A stretch of DNA of 64,000 nucleotides from an uncultured Acidobacteriota bacterium (GTDB lineage Bacteria; Acidobacteriota; UBA6911; RPQK01; JAPXNP01): positions 448,001 through 512,000 of the forward strand of contig CAVZRV010000007.1 of assembly GCA_963777605.1 (NCBI GenBank). The letters run 5' to 3'. Positions 28,540 to 37,808 of the stretch are shown in pieces. Every line of letters starts with the position of its first letter. Position 1 is the first letter of the stretch. The notes under the pieces were generated by a model that worked only from the letters and a program-made list of their open reading frames with translations, had not been told where the DNA came from and did not search any database. The position numbers and the translations under genes are program-made.

Positions 28540-30108
28540 ATGAAGAGAACAATTTTCGTATTTCTGACGGTAGTCCTGGCCATCGGCAGTCCGGCACTCT
28601 GGGCTGTCGGGTCAACCGAAATCACGTTGGTTCAACCTCCTTGTGGAGTCACGTGGCTGGAGAGCGGACTGCAGGATTCCCTCATGTCCAAGGACTACAT
28701 CGCCGACGTCAACTCCATTGCGGCCGGAACAACGATGGATCCGGACCCGGGTCGGCCCGCTTCCCTCGGCGACATCCCCGGAGACCGGATGGCAATGAAC
28801 CACTGGATCCTCTGGTTCAACGATTACCTGAAAGGAATCGAGTCATACGACTGTCGAGGCTGCGTCAGTCGAATCATCGTCTTCGACAGCTGTTTCGATT
28901 CCAATGGGATCTCTTCGGACGGAAACAACCTTGGAAACCCCTTCTCTCCGGACAAGAACCTGACCAACTACAAGTCGGTCTTCCGCCATCCCAGCGGACC
29001 GGGAAATACCTACCTGTTCAGCGGCAACAAGTACCGGGCACTTGATGACGTGATGGCCGCAAATCCGGACATCCTTTTCGTGGTTGTCACCGCACCTCCA
29101 CTCCACGACAAGGACACCACCGCCACCCAGGCCCGCCGCGCCCGGCAGTTCAACGACTGGCTGCGAAACGACTGGCAGACCTCCTACCGAAACCGCTACC
29201 CCAGATTGAACAATGTGGCCGTATTCGACTGGTACAACCTGTTGGCAAACCCCGCCGATTCTCCCTATCAGCCGAACGTTCTAAAAGCCGCCTTCGGGGG
29301 TGACGCCCTGGGAACGTCCACGCTCAACACAGCGGCGCACATCGCCTCGACCAACAGTTTTTCTGGGGCTCCCGGCAATTTCATCGACTCTGCCTGGAAC
29401 CTGTTCTCGAAAGAAGTGCTGTACTTTGCCCAACTCGGTGTCGGACCGGGCCTCGGTTCGGAACTGGTCCTGACCAATCCCTCCGCCTCCCACCCGCTCG
29501 CCTCTACGATTGAGTTCCTGGGCAACGACGGATCGGCCCTTCAGGTGGCGGTTTCGGTGATCCCGGCCGGCCGCGTGACCGATGCCTCCCCGGGGAAGGT
29601 GTCCGCCGAAATTCCGGGTGGGGGCGGTCTCATCGTCCGGACAAACCCGACGTCCGAATTGCTCAACGGCTCAGCGGTGGTGTCCGCAGATGGTCAACTC
29701 GGAGGGATCATCCGATTCTCGATCGCTGACCGGGGGATTGCCGGAGTCGGCGCAAGCCTTCCGCTGAGTGGGTTCACAGCTCCCATCCGGCGCCAGAGCA
29801 ACGGCATCAACACGGGTATAGCACTGATCAACACGAGCGGACTTCCAGTCAACCTTGAGCTTCAGCTTCTCGACCTCCAGGGTCTACCGGTGGCGGGAGG
29901 AACAAACACGATCTCGGGGATTCCACCGGCAGGGCATCTGGCCCAGTTCATCAACGAACTCCTCCCTGACGCCGACACCTCCGATTTCGAGGGCAGTCTC
30001 ACAGTCCGGGTCATCGGGGGAAAAGTGGCCGCCACCGTCCTGGAACTCGGCACCAGTTCAGGTCAGTTCACGACCCTTCCGGTCATTCCTCTGGACGATA
30101 CCGAGTAG
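28540..30108 (+). CDS. Secreted protein: SGNH-like alpha/beta domain plus conserved C-terminal module
   Basis: Signal peptide; IIVFDSCF, LFVVVTAPP, ARQFNDWL, VAVFDWYNLLA; C-term YFAQLG...NTGIA...AQFINEL...FTTLPV. Confidence 0.82.
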   Translation: MKRTIFVFLTVVLAIGSPALWAVGSTEITLVQPPCGVTWLESGLQDSLMSKDYIADVNSIAAGTTMDPDPGRPASLGDIPGDRMAMNHWILWFNDYLKGIESYDCRGCVSRIIVFDSCFDSNGISSDGNNLGNPFSPDKNLTNYKSVFRHPSGPGNTYLFSGNKYRALDDVMAANPDILFVVVTAPPLHDKDTTATQARRARQFNDWLRNDWQTSYRNRYPRLNNVAVFDWYNLLANPADSPYQPNVLKAAFGGDALGTSTLNTAAHIASTNSFSGAPGNFIDSAWNLFSKEVLYFAQLGVGPGLGSELVLTNPSASHPLASTIEFLGNDGSALQVAVSVIPAGRVTDASPGKVSAEIPGGGGLIVRTNPTSELLNGSAVVSADGQLGGIIRFSIADRGIAGVGASLPLSGFTAPIRRQSNGINTGIALINTSGLPVNLELQLLDLQGLPVAGGTNTISGIPPAGHLAQFINELLPDADTSDFEGSLTVRVIGGKVAATVLELGTSSGQFTTLPVIPLDDTE

Positions 30109-30143
30109 ACCTGAAACTTCATCGTGGAGGCTTCTATTTTCAC

Positions 30144-30209
30144 CGCCAAGGCGCGAAGGTCGCCAGGAATCACATTGTTGAAGGCAAAAGCTTTCTTCGC
30201 GCCTTGGCG
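30144..30209. repeat. REP-like palindromic element
   Basis: Perfect 15-bp inverted repeat CGCCAAGGCGCGAAG 30144-30158 / CTTCGCGCCTTGGCG 30195-30209. Confidence 0.8.
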
Positions 30210-30450
30210 ACTTCGCGGTTCAAAACAGCCATGGCCAGTTTCACTCTTTGAATGGTCCGGCGCCGCCGGGGGCCCGGCTGACCTGAAACTTCATTTGAAT
30301 GAACTGGAAATCCTGGATGATTTGGACGCGTCTGGATGGGGATTCGAGGCGATCGGTGGAGAGCTCAGAGACGGGTTCTCGGCTGGATCGTCCTGGTTCC
30401 TGGTCCGGTGCCAGACGTGGATGAGTGATGATCACAGGATCGGCGCCGGG

Positions 30451-30583
30451 CTGGCCCCTGAAGGGGGCCTGTTTCCAGCCCAGGCATTTGCCTGGGTTCA
30501 CGGTCCACCCATCAAGAATCCAGCCCTGAAAGGGCGGCACAGCTCTCCGGACGTGAAGAATCGGCGCGACCTTACAGGCCGCG
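30451..30583. repeat. Degenerate GCCCTGAAAGGGC-type REP-like element
   Basis: GGCCCCTGAAGGGGGCC, CCCAGGCATTTGCCTGGG, GCCCTGAAAGGGC and CGCGACCTTACAGGCCGCG hairpins in succession. Confidence 0.55.
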
Positions 30584-30605
30584 ATCGCCTTGCCGGGACC
30601 ACAGA

Positions 30606-30723
30606 GGGGCTGTTGCAAAACTCCAAAAAGGCCCAACTTAGGTACCACATATAGGGAGGCCGTCCTACTGAACCCAAAATATGGGGTACGTTTTGCAGTC
30701 CAAACGACTTTTGCAACAGCCCC
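30606..30723. mobile_element. 118-bp MITE-like element
   Basis: Perfect 15-bp terminal inverted repeats GGGGCTGTTGCAAAA / TTTTGCAACAGCCCC; AT-richer interior; no ORF. Confidence 0.75.
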
Positions 30724-30976
30724 CTGAAACCAAGGCGCCAGCGCCAGGTCCAGTTTCACTCTCTGAATGATCCGGCGGCGCCGGGGGCCCGACTGACTTG
30801 AAACTTCATTTGAAGCTTGGACCCTGGGTCCATTTGAAACGTGGAATGGCACGGACACAGAGCCGGGGGTAAGGCGAAGCCGCGCCCCCGGGTTCGCGGA
30901 CCCAGTTTCACCTCTTTGAATGGTCCGGCGTACGGCCGGGGCGGGGCTAACCTGAAGCTTCATTTGGGACAATGAG

Positions 30977-31011
30977 TTCCTGGTTCCTGGTTCCTGGTTC
31001 CTGGTTCCTGG
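30977..31011. repeat. Heptamer tandem repeat (TTCCTGG)x5
   Basis: Direct reading of the sequence. Confidence 0.92.
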
Positions 31012-31368
31012 AGGGAGAGTAATCCAGGCAGGCCTTGCCGGGTATGGCGGCCGGGCAGCTTGCCCGGCGGAAGTGAACCTTCTCAGTCCAGGATTCTTGA
31101 TTTCCGGTTTGTTCTGAAACAGTCCGCCACCGGGACTGAATCGCACTTTCAATGCTGCATTGCCGTCCCGGCTCCCATTCCCGGGGCGTTGCCGCCGGGC
31201 GCAAATCACCCTGCGCCGTTGGCGCCCTCATCTGGCGATGCTTCACCGGTTTCGCGCTGCGGATGATCTCCGCAGCGCGGAGGGGCCCGGGCTCACCTGG
31301 GGCTTCGGGAGCCGGGTCCCGAAGCCCCGATTTCTCCAGCAGGCTCTCCAGTTCCTCCAGGCCGCAAG

Positions 31369-34098
31369 TCACGGCACCGGAACCGGGGCCGGAGCGGTGA
31401 CCGTCACTTGTGCGGTGACCACTTCCGTAGTGGATGCGTCGGCAGTCCCTTCGAAACCCGGTTGTTTGCCTCCGACCGAAACCAGGAAGTCGCCCGGTTC
31501 GATGACCCGCTTTCCGGCAGCATCAATAACCGCGAAGGCTTCCGGGGCCAGTTCCAGTTCCACACTGCGTGATTCTCCGGGGGCCAACTCAATCCGCTCG
31601 AAGCCCGCCAGCGATCTTAGCGGGACCGGAACCGACGCCTTCTGGTCGGTAACGTACACCTCGACCACCTCTTCCCCCTTCAAGGATCCGGAGTTCCGAA
31701 CCTCAACGGTCACCGTCGCCGGCCCTCCGTTGCCCAGGCGGCCTGGAGATGCCTTCAGGTTTCGGTACTGGAAATGCGTATAGCTCAGTCCGTGCCCAAA
31801 GGGGTAGAGCGGGCTGCCGCTAAAATATCGATAGGTCCTTCCCGCCATGTCGTACTGATCAAACGGGGGCAGGTCGGAGAGCGACCGATACCAGGTGACA
31901 GGAAGCCGTCCGGCGGGGTTGTAGTCGCCGAACAGGACGTCGGCAATTGCGTCTCCACCTGACTGCCCCGGATACCAGGCCGTCAGGATGGCCGGCACGT
32001 TCTCGTCTTCCCAAACTGTGGCCAGGGCGCTTCCGTTGAGGAGCAAAAGGACAACCGGCTTCCCAGTCTCAACCAGTTGCTTCAACAGCACCTCCTGGGT
32101 CCGCGGCAACCGAATTTCAGTCCGATCGCCCCCCAGGAAACCTTCGACTTTGACTGGCATTTCCTCCCCTTCCAGCTGAGGCGAGAGCCCACCGGTAAAG
32201 AGGATGACATCGGACTTCACGGCGATCTCCAAAGCCGTCTCCACGTCTTCCGCTCCTGGCCGGGACCAGACCAGCTGCAATTGGGGATCAGCGCTCCGGT
32301 TTCGATACTCAATCCGCAACGAATAGAACCTTCCCCCCTCCAGTTCGACCTCTTTCACCTTCTGGATTGGATGATGGACACCGTCGTAGCTCACCAGTTC
32401 CACGCCATCGAGAAAAACCCTGTAGGCGGTGAGACCGTTGGCACCGATCCGGAAAGTTCCCGATTCCGGGGCGCGCAGGGACCCTTCCCATCGAACTGAG
32501 AAGGAGTCGGCGAGGGCACCCGAAATCGGAGTAGCATTGCGCCAGATGAAATCAACTACCGGATCGAGCCGGTTGAACGCGGGCTGTCCATCAAAGGAAT
32601 CTCCCTCATAGTACGCTCCGGTGAGTCCACGGTCTCGGGCATCCCCGTCCACGGGGAAGAGAACCTCTGACGGGATGGGAACCACTGGAGGAACATTGGG
32701 AGCGATATCACAGCCACGCGAGTAGTAAACCTTCGTATTGGGCCCTACCTTCCGCCGAATCCCTTCGAGTGCGGTGACCGAACGCTCCGGAGTGCCGTTG
32801 TAGTTCCCAAGCAGAACGAAGGGGTCGTCGGCGTTGGGCCCGATCACCGCGATTGAATCCAGGTCCTTCCTCAAAGGAAGCTGGTTCCCGTCATTCTTGA
32901 GCAGGACGATCGACTTGCGCGCCGCCTCCAGCGCTGCCTCTTTGTGCGCCGGGCTGTTGTTGACGTCATAGGGGATCCTCGCGTACGGAACCCGTTCCGG
33001 TGGATCAAACATACCCAGCCGAAAGCGGGTGTCGAACAGTCTCCGCACGGCACGGTCCAGGGCATTCTCGTCGATCAGGTTCAGGTTCAGGGCCTTACCC
33101 AGCGCGGAGTAGGTCGATCCGCAGTTCAGGTCTGTTCCCGCCTTGACGGACAGGGCCGCCGCTTCAGCGGGTGTCTTGACGATCTTGTGCCCATCATAGA
33201 TGTCTGAGACGGCTCCGCAGTCCGACACCACGTACCCTTCAAAACCCCACTCTCCGCGCAGGATCTGGTCGAGCAGCAGGCTGCTCCCACAGCAGGCTTG
33301 CCCTTCGTAACGGTTGTAAGCGCACATGATCGACTCGACGCCGGCCTGCCTTACCGTCGCCTCGAAAGCGGCCAGATAAGTAGTTCGCAGATCCCGGACG
33401 CTGGTTACGGCATCGAAGCTGTGCCGCGAAGGTTCCGGCCCGCTGTGAACAGCAAAATGCTTGGCCGTCGCCACCACCTTGAGATACTTGTCATCGTCTC
33501 CCTGAAGCCCTCGAATGAACGAAACCGCCATAGCCCCGGTCAGGTAGGGGTCTTCTCCATAGGTTTCCTGCCCCCGGCCCCAACGGGGGTCCCGAAAGAT
33601 GTTGATGTTGGGAGTCCAGAAGGTCAGCCCCTGGTAGATGCCATGCATTCCACGTCGGAGAAACTCCTGATGTTTCGCCCGGGCCTCGTCGGAAATCACC
33701 GTCGCAACCTGCTGCATGAACCGGGGATCCCAGGTTGCTGCCAGTCCGATCGCCTGGGGAAAGACGGTTGCCAGGCCGGCCCGGCCCACCCCGTGAAGAC
33801 ATTCGTTCCACCAGTTGTAAGCGGGGATCCCCAACCGTTCGATGGCCGGGGCATCATAGACCATCTGAGAGATCTTCTCCTCGGGGGTCATTCGGGAGAG
33901 AAGATCGTCCAGACGCTGCTCCAGGGGAAGGTCGGGATTCTGAAACGGAAACGTCGGCTGGCCAAACACTTGAACCGCGAAAACGGATAGGAACCCCGCG
34001 AAGAGCCCGATCCGGGCGGCCCACCTGAACAATGCCAGGCCCTCTGCGATTCCACGGAACAAGACTGCACACGATCGACAAGGCGTTGGATGAAACAT
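31369..34098 (-). CDS. GH3 beta-glucosidase/beta-xylosidase with PA14 and Fn3-like domains
   Basis: WWNECLHG, RDPRWGRGQETYGEDP, KHFAVH, VVSDCGA nucleophile, PA14 insert (FSVRWEG), LEGEE, PFGHGLSYT. Confidence 0.96.
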   Translation of the reverse strand: MFHPTPCRSCAVLFRGIAEGLALFRWAARIGLFAGFLSVFAVQVFGQPTFPFQNPDLPLEQRLDDLLSRMTPEEKISQMVYDAPAIERLGIPAYNWWNECLHGVGRAGLATVFPQAIGLAATWDPRFMQQVATVISDEARAKHQEFLRRGMHGIYQGLTFWTPNINIFRDPRWGRGQETYGEDPYLTGAMAVSFIRGLQGDDDKYLKVVATAKHFAVHSGPEPSRHSFDAVTSVRDLRTTYLAAFEATVRQAGVESIMCAYNRYEGQACCGSSLLLDQILRGEWGFEGYVVSDCGAVSDIYDGHKIVKTPAEAAALSVKAGTDLNCGSTYSALGKALNLNLIDENALDRAVRRLFDTRFRLGMFDPPERVPYARIPYDVNNSPAHKEAALEAARKSIVLLKNDGNQLPLRKDLDSIAVIGPNADDPFVLLGNYNGTPERSVTALEGIRRKVGPNTKVYYSRGCDIAPNVPPVVPIPSEVLFPVDGDARDRGLTGAYYEGDSFDGQPAFNRLDPVVDFIWRNATPISGALADSFSVRWEGSLRAPESGTFRIGANGLTAYRVFLDGVELVSYDGVHHPIQKVKEVELEGGRFYSLRIEYRNRSADPQLQLVWSRPGAEDVETALEIAVKSDVILFTGGLSPQLEGEEMPVKVEGFLGGDRTEIRLPRTQEVLLKQLVETGKPVVLLLLNGSALATVWEDENVPAILTAWYPGQSGGDAIADVLFGDYNPAGRLPVTWYRSLSDLPPFDQYDMAGRTYRYFSGSPLYPFGHGLSYTHFQYRNLKASPGRLGNGGPATVTVEVRNSGSLKGEEVVEVYVTDQKASVPVPLRSLAGFERIELAPGESRSVELELAPEAFAVIDAAGKRVIEPGDFLVSVGGKQPGFEGTADASTTEVVTAQVTVTAPAPVPVP

Positions 34099-34205
34099 CT
34101 CTGCTATCCTCCTGAAGGGATCCAGCCAGTGACGCTAGCATAGAACCGGTAGACTGCCAACGTCCTCCTGACCATCAATGACGGACGAGGCAGTACAATG
34201 GAGTC

Positions 34206-34457
34206 ATGGACATCGAGCTGGTCGGGCACTTCCATTCCCGCCTCGAGGCCGAGGCCATCGCCAATGCTCTTTCCCAGTACGATATCCCTACCTTGATCCG
34301 CGGCGAGGATTTTGGGATCTTCGGCCCCGGGCACTCGGGAGCGACTCCGCAGGGGGTTTCCCTGTGGGTTCCTGCCGATCGCATAGCCCAGGTCAAAGAA
34401 CTCATGACTTGCCTCTTCCAACCCGAACCGGTCGAGAATGACGAAACGGAAGACTGA
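34206..34457 (+). CDS. DUF2007-like putative signal transducing protein
   Basis: F.SRLEAEAIANAL...DIP.LI.GED...GVSLWVP pattern; GGAG RBS. Confidence 0.8.
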   Translation: MDIELVGHFHSRLEAEAIANALSQYDIPTLIRGEDFGIFGPGHSGATPQGVSLWVPADRIAQVKELMTCLFQPEPVENDETED

Positions 34458-34547
34458 CCTGGCACCGCCGGACTGGTGGCGAAACGCTTCTGACTTACGC
34501 ATCGAACCGTAGAATGTTAAGCTTCTGAAGTTCTTCGCGCAGTCGTC

Positions 34548-35732
34548 ATGAGTGCATCTGTATCCGTCTCGAACCTGACCAAGATCTACCGCCAGTATCA
34601 CGGCCCGCGGGCCCTGTTTCGAGGGCTCTTTTTCGGCCACCCTCCACAGACGGTGGTCGAAGCACTCAGGGAGATCAGCTTCCAGGTGCAACCCGGAGAG
34701 GCTTTCGGTATTGTCGGGGACAACGGCGCCGGCAAAAGCACTCTCCTGAAGATCCTGACGGGAACCGCCGAGCCAAGTTCAGGCTCGGTGAATACCGATG
34801 GGGAGGTCGCCGCGCTGCTCGAGTTGGGCGTCGGATTCCACCCCGATTTTACCGGGCGGGAAAACATCTACTTCACCGGGGCCATGATGGGTCTGAGGCG
34901 CGAGGAACTTCGGGAGCGGGAATCAGAGATCATCGCCTTCAGCGAACTCGAACAGTTTATCGACGAACCAGTCAAGACCTACTCCTCCGGAATGTACGTG
35001 AGGCTCGGGTTTGCCGTGGCAACCGGTTTTGAGTTCTCCATCCTCATCATCGACGAGGCGCTCGCCGTCGGGGACCAGCGCTTCCAGAAGAAGTGTACCG
35101 ATCGGATTCTCCGTTTCAGGAAACAGGGCAAGACGATTCTGTTCTGCTCCCACAACCTGTACCAGGTCCGCACGCTGTGCGGGAGAGCCCTCTGGCTGGA
35201 CAAAGGACGCCCGATGGCTCTCGGGCCGGCACCGGACGTGGTGGAAGCGTACACCAGCTTTACACGGGACAACGGCAGCGATGGGACAACTCCGGTTGCA
35301 CCACGGGTCGCGCCTCAGCCCGACGTCTGCTGGATCGAATCCTGCCAGCTCAAGGACTCTGAAGGACAAACTCAGGATTCGTTTTGCTCCGGCGATACGT
35401 TGGTGCTCGAAATCGTGGGGATTTTTCAAGAACACTTCGAAGGACGACCCGCAATCGGATTGTCGTTGTTGCGAAACGATGGTGTCGTCCTGTACACCGG
35501 GTCGACGGCGATGGATCGAGTCGCCCTGGAGCCTCTCGGTGGAAACCGTTTCGGAGCCCGGTTCGAACTGTCCGACTGCCCCCTGCTGGCGGGCCAGTAT
35601 TGTTTTCACCTGTACGCGACCGATCAGGACTACCTCCAGTCCTATGACATCGTTGAGCGGGCAGCCCCGTTCACGATCTCTGATTCGGGACCCGATGTCG
35701 GGCTGGTCCGACTCCCTCACCGGTGGCTTTGA
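34548..35732 (+). CDS. wzt: Polysaccharide ABC transporter ATP-binding protein with Wzt C-terminal domain
   Basis: GDNGAGKST, GFHPDFTGRENI, YSSGMYVRLGFA, IDEALAVGD; C-terminal beta-sandwich. Confidence 0.92.
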   Translation: MSASVSVSNLTKIYRQYHGPRALFRGLFFGHPPQTVVEALREISFQVQPGEAFGIVGDNGAGKSTLLKILTGTAEPSSGSVNTDGEVAALLELGVGFHPDFTGRENIYFTGAMMGLRREELRERESEIIAFSELEQFIDEPVKTYSSGMYVRLGFAVATGFEFSILIIDEALAVGDQRFQKKCTDRILRFRKQGKTILFCSHNLYQVRTLCGRALWLDKGRPMALGPAPDVVEAYTSFTRDNGSDGTTPVAPRVAPQPDVCWIESCQLKDSEGQTQDSFCSGDTLVLEIVGIFQEHFEGRPAIGLSLLRNDGVVLYTGSTAMDRVALEPLGGNRFGARFELSDCPLLAGQYCFHLYATDQDYLQSYDIVERAAPFTISDSGPDVGLVRLPHRWL

Positions 35733-35853
35733 CCGAAACCGGGTTCGCCGGAGCTGCAGCCGGGGTTGCTATGTGGTTTCCGGCCGGGACTGCCGGTAAA
35801 CTGTGCAGCGATGATTGCAGGATCCGGAAGTGGATTCGAAGAAGAGCGCGCCG

Positions 35854-36810
35854 ATGAACTGGGGAAAGACCGCCGCAAATCTGGATTACTCCCTCGCACT
35901 GCCGATTCTGGGAAGGCTCCCAGTTTCCCTTGCCTACCGGCTGTCGGACATTCGTGCCGCGATTCGTAACCGGCTCCGGAAAGCCAGCCGCGAGCGCGCA
36001 GTCCAGAACCTGGCCCTGGCGTTTCCGGACCTGGAACCTCGCCAACACTGGGAGATGGCTCTCGACAGCCTCCGAATAGTCGCCCGGGACGAATTGGAAA
36101 CCTACTGGTATGACTGCTCCCTCTCCTTTCTCGAATCCCGCATCGACGAGAGCAATTTTGAGATCATCCGGGAGGTGGCCCGGAGAGGACGCGGCGTCCT
36201 CTTGTGTACCGGCCACATGGGGAATCCCGGAATCTTCCTCGCCATGGCCGGCCGTTCCGGTTTCCCCATCAACCTTGTCTTTCGTCCAATCGACGATTTC
36301 CCGCTGAATCCTCCTGGATGGCTGCGTTTTGGAAGAAACCGGGTGGAGAAGCTTCAGCAACTCTCCGAGCGGCCTGTCCTGTACGCCGGCAAGGTCAGCT
36401 ATTTTCACCTGCGCCGCCTTCTGCGCATGAACGAGTCGGTGATGATGGCAATCGACGTCGTCCCATCGTTGATTGGAAGGAGCGTGAGGGCAAGGTTGCT
36501 CGGACGAACCTGTTCATTCCCGGAAGGCATCCCGAGGCTCTGTCTGGACACTCGCCCGAGTGTTCTCTTCTGGAGCGTCCAGCGGATCCCGGAAGACAGG
36601 TATTCCTTTGTCTTCGAGGATCTAACGGAAGCGCTCGAGGCATTGCACACGGTCGAAGATATCGGGCAGGAACTGGTTTCATGCCTGGAACGGCGCATCC
36701 GGGTGGACCCGGCTGCCTGGATGCAGTGGGATGCGTTCGACCAGTTCTTTACCTCGGACGACCGAGCCGGGGAAGCTCTCCCAGATCCTCTGGGAAACAG
36801 CCCTCGTTAG
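35854..36810 (+). CDS. LpxL/HtrB-type lysophospholipid acyltransferase family protein
   Basis: NLALAFPD, GRGVLLCTGHMGN, LLGRTCSFPEG, LERRIRVDPAAW.QW. Confidence 0.82.
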   Translation: MNWGKTAANLDYSLALPILGRLPVSLAYRLSDIRAAIRNRLRKASRERAVQNLALAFPDLEPRQHWEMALDSLRIVARDELETYWYDCSLSFLESRIDESNFEIIREVARRGRGVLLCTGHMGNPGIFLAMAGRSGFPINLVFRPIDDFPLNPPGWLRFGRNRVEKLQQLSERPVLYAGKVSYFHLRRLLRMNESVMMAIDVVPSLIGRSVRARLLGRTCSFPEGIPRLCLDTRPSVLFWSVQRIPEDRYSFVFEDLTEALEALHTVEDIGQELVSCLERRIRVDPAAWMQWDAFDQFFTSDDRAGEALPDPLGNSPR

Positions 36811-37808
36811 AACCGGTTCCGCAGCTTCTCCATCAAAGTCAGGCCACGCGGGTTCATGCCCCGCAGAGGATTGTCAAAGCCCCGGCAGCCGTCCCGTTCC
36901 AGGACTTTCCCGGTTTCGTTCCAATAGAGACGTCGGTCTTGGCGCCACAGGCTTCCACGAACCGTCTTCCAGAATGAAGCTTTGCGAGTGGGGTTCGAAT
37001 CCGGCGTCGTGAACCGCACTGTCATGGCCCGCCGGGTCACCGCGGGACGCAAAATCCTTCGAGCCCCGTGAACCATCAGCGGGTGCCAGAGCACGGCCTC
37101 ACCTTTCTTCAGCAGGAGGTCCTCAGACTCCATGCCCGCCTCCTGGGCCCGGGCAAGGACAAACCGGTGCGCCGGGAGGTAGTCTTCCTCCGAATTGATT
37201 TGGAAGCGCCCCGCTTCGAACTCGTACAAGGGGAGCCGATGCGAACCCGGAACTAGGTAAGGGGGCCCGCTCTCGATCGTAATGTCCTCCAAAGGGACCC
37301 ATGCGGTGAGAAGATGGGCCGGCGGATTCACCTCGATATAGACAGCATCCCGACAGGCAGGCTCACTCCAGCCAAATTCCCCAAATGAAGACTCGAAGGC
37401 GATCGCCGGGTTATCGAAGATGAGTTCAACATATTCGAAGATCCGGCGATGAAGGTAGATCTGGAGAGCGGCCGGGGAATGGGAGTGCAGGTCCAGAAGC
37501 CGGGTTGGCGCCATGCGCTCCCAGCGTTCCCGACTGTCGGCCATCGACCTCGGTTGCTCCACGAAGACATAGGCGAGGTCAACCGGCTTGTCCCTCCAGA
37601 TTCGGTCCACATCCGACCGAATTCCTTCGCTGATCGTATCGATGTCGTCGAGTTGAATGGTCAGAAAGCCGTTCCGAACAAACTCGCACAACTTCTCGGC
37701 CTTCCCGGAAGAAAGCCGGCCGGCCGCAAACCGGGATTCGACCCGTTCCAGGGCATCCTCCTGATCCAGCCACAGACGACTTTCCAGCATCTTAGAATGG
37801 TCCAACAT
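36807..37808 (-). CDS. Phytanoyl-CoA dioxygenase (PhyH)-like protein with atypical metal motif
   Basis: FVRNGF, LLTAWVPLEDI...GP..LVPGSH, KGEAVLWH..MVHG; expected HxD reads CRD. Confidence 0.82.
   Translation of the reverse strand: MLDHSKMLESRLWLDQEDALERVESRFAAGRLSSGKAEKLCEFVRNGFLTIQLDDIDTISEGIRSDVDRIWRDKPVDLAYVFVEQPRSMADSRERWERMAPTRLLDLHSHSPAALQIYLHRRIFEYVELIFDNPAIAFESSFGEFGWSEPACRDAVYIEVNPPAHLLTAWVPLEDITIESGPPYLVPGSHRLPLYEFEAGRFQINSEEDYLPAHRFVLARAQEAGMESEDLLLKKGEAVLWHPLMVHGARRILRPAVTRRAMTVRFTTPDSNPTRKASFWKTVRGSLWRQDRRLYWNETGKVLERDGCRGFDNPLRGMNPRGLTLMEKLRNRF

Larger units (their letters stand above)
30108..30966. repeat. Array of imperfect 65-bp direct repeats (3 full copies plus 1 partial)
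   Basis: CCAGTTTCACTCTTTGAATGGTCCGGCGCCGCCGGGGGCCCGGCTGACCTGAAACTTCATTTGAA at 30235-30299; 60/65 identical copy at 30750-30814; more diverged copy at 30902-30966; 3' part GACCTGAAACTTCAT at 30108-30122. Confidence 0.9.

Noticed and set aside
30108-30966. CRISPR array
   Set aside because: Repeats are 65 bp and degenerate, spacers are 87-450 bp and irregular, and no cas genes are present; reported as a different kind of array
30124-31372. ORFs 30124-30654, 30241-31209 and 30947-31372
   Set aside because: They run through repeats and palindromes (e.g. RNQEPGT from the heptamer) with no family motif; the 5' part of 30947-31372 overlaps the GH3 stop and could be real but is unsupported
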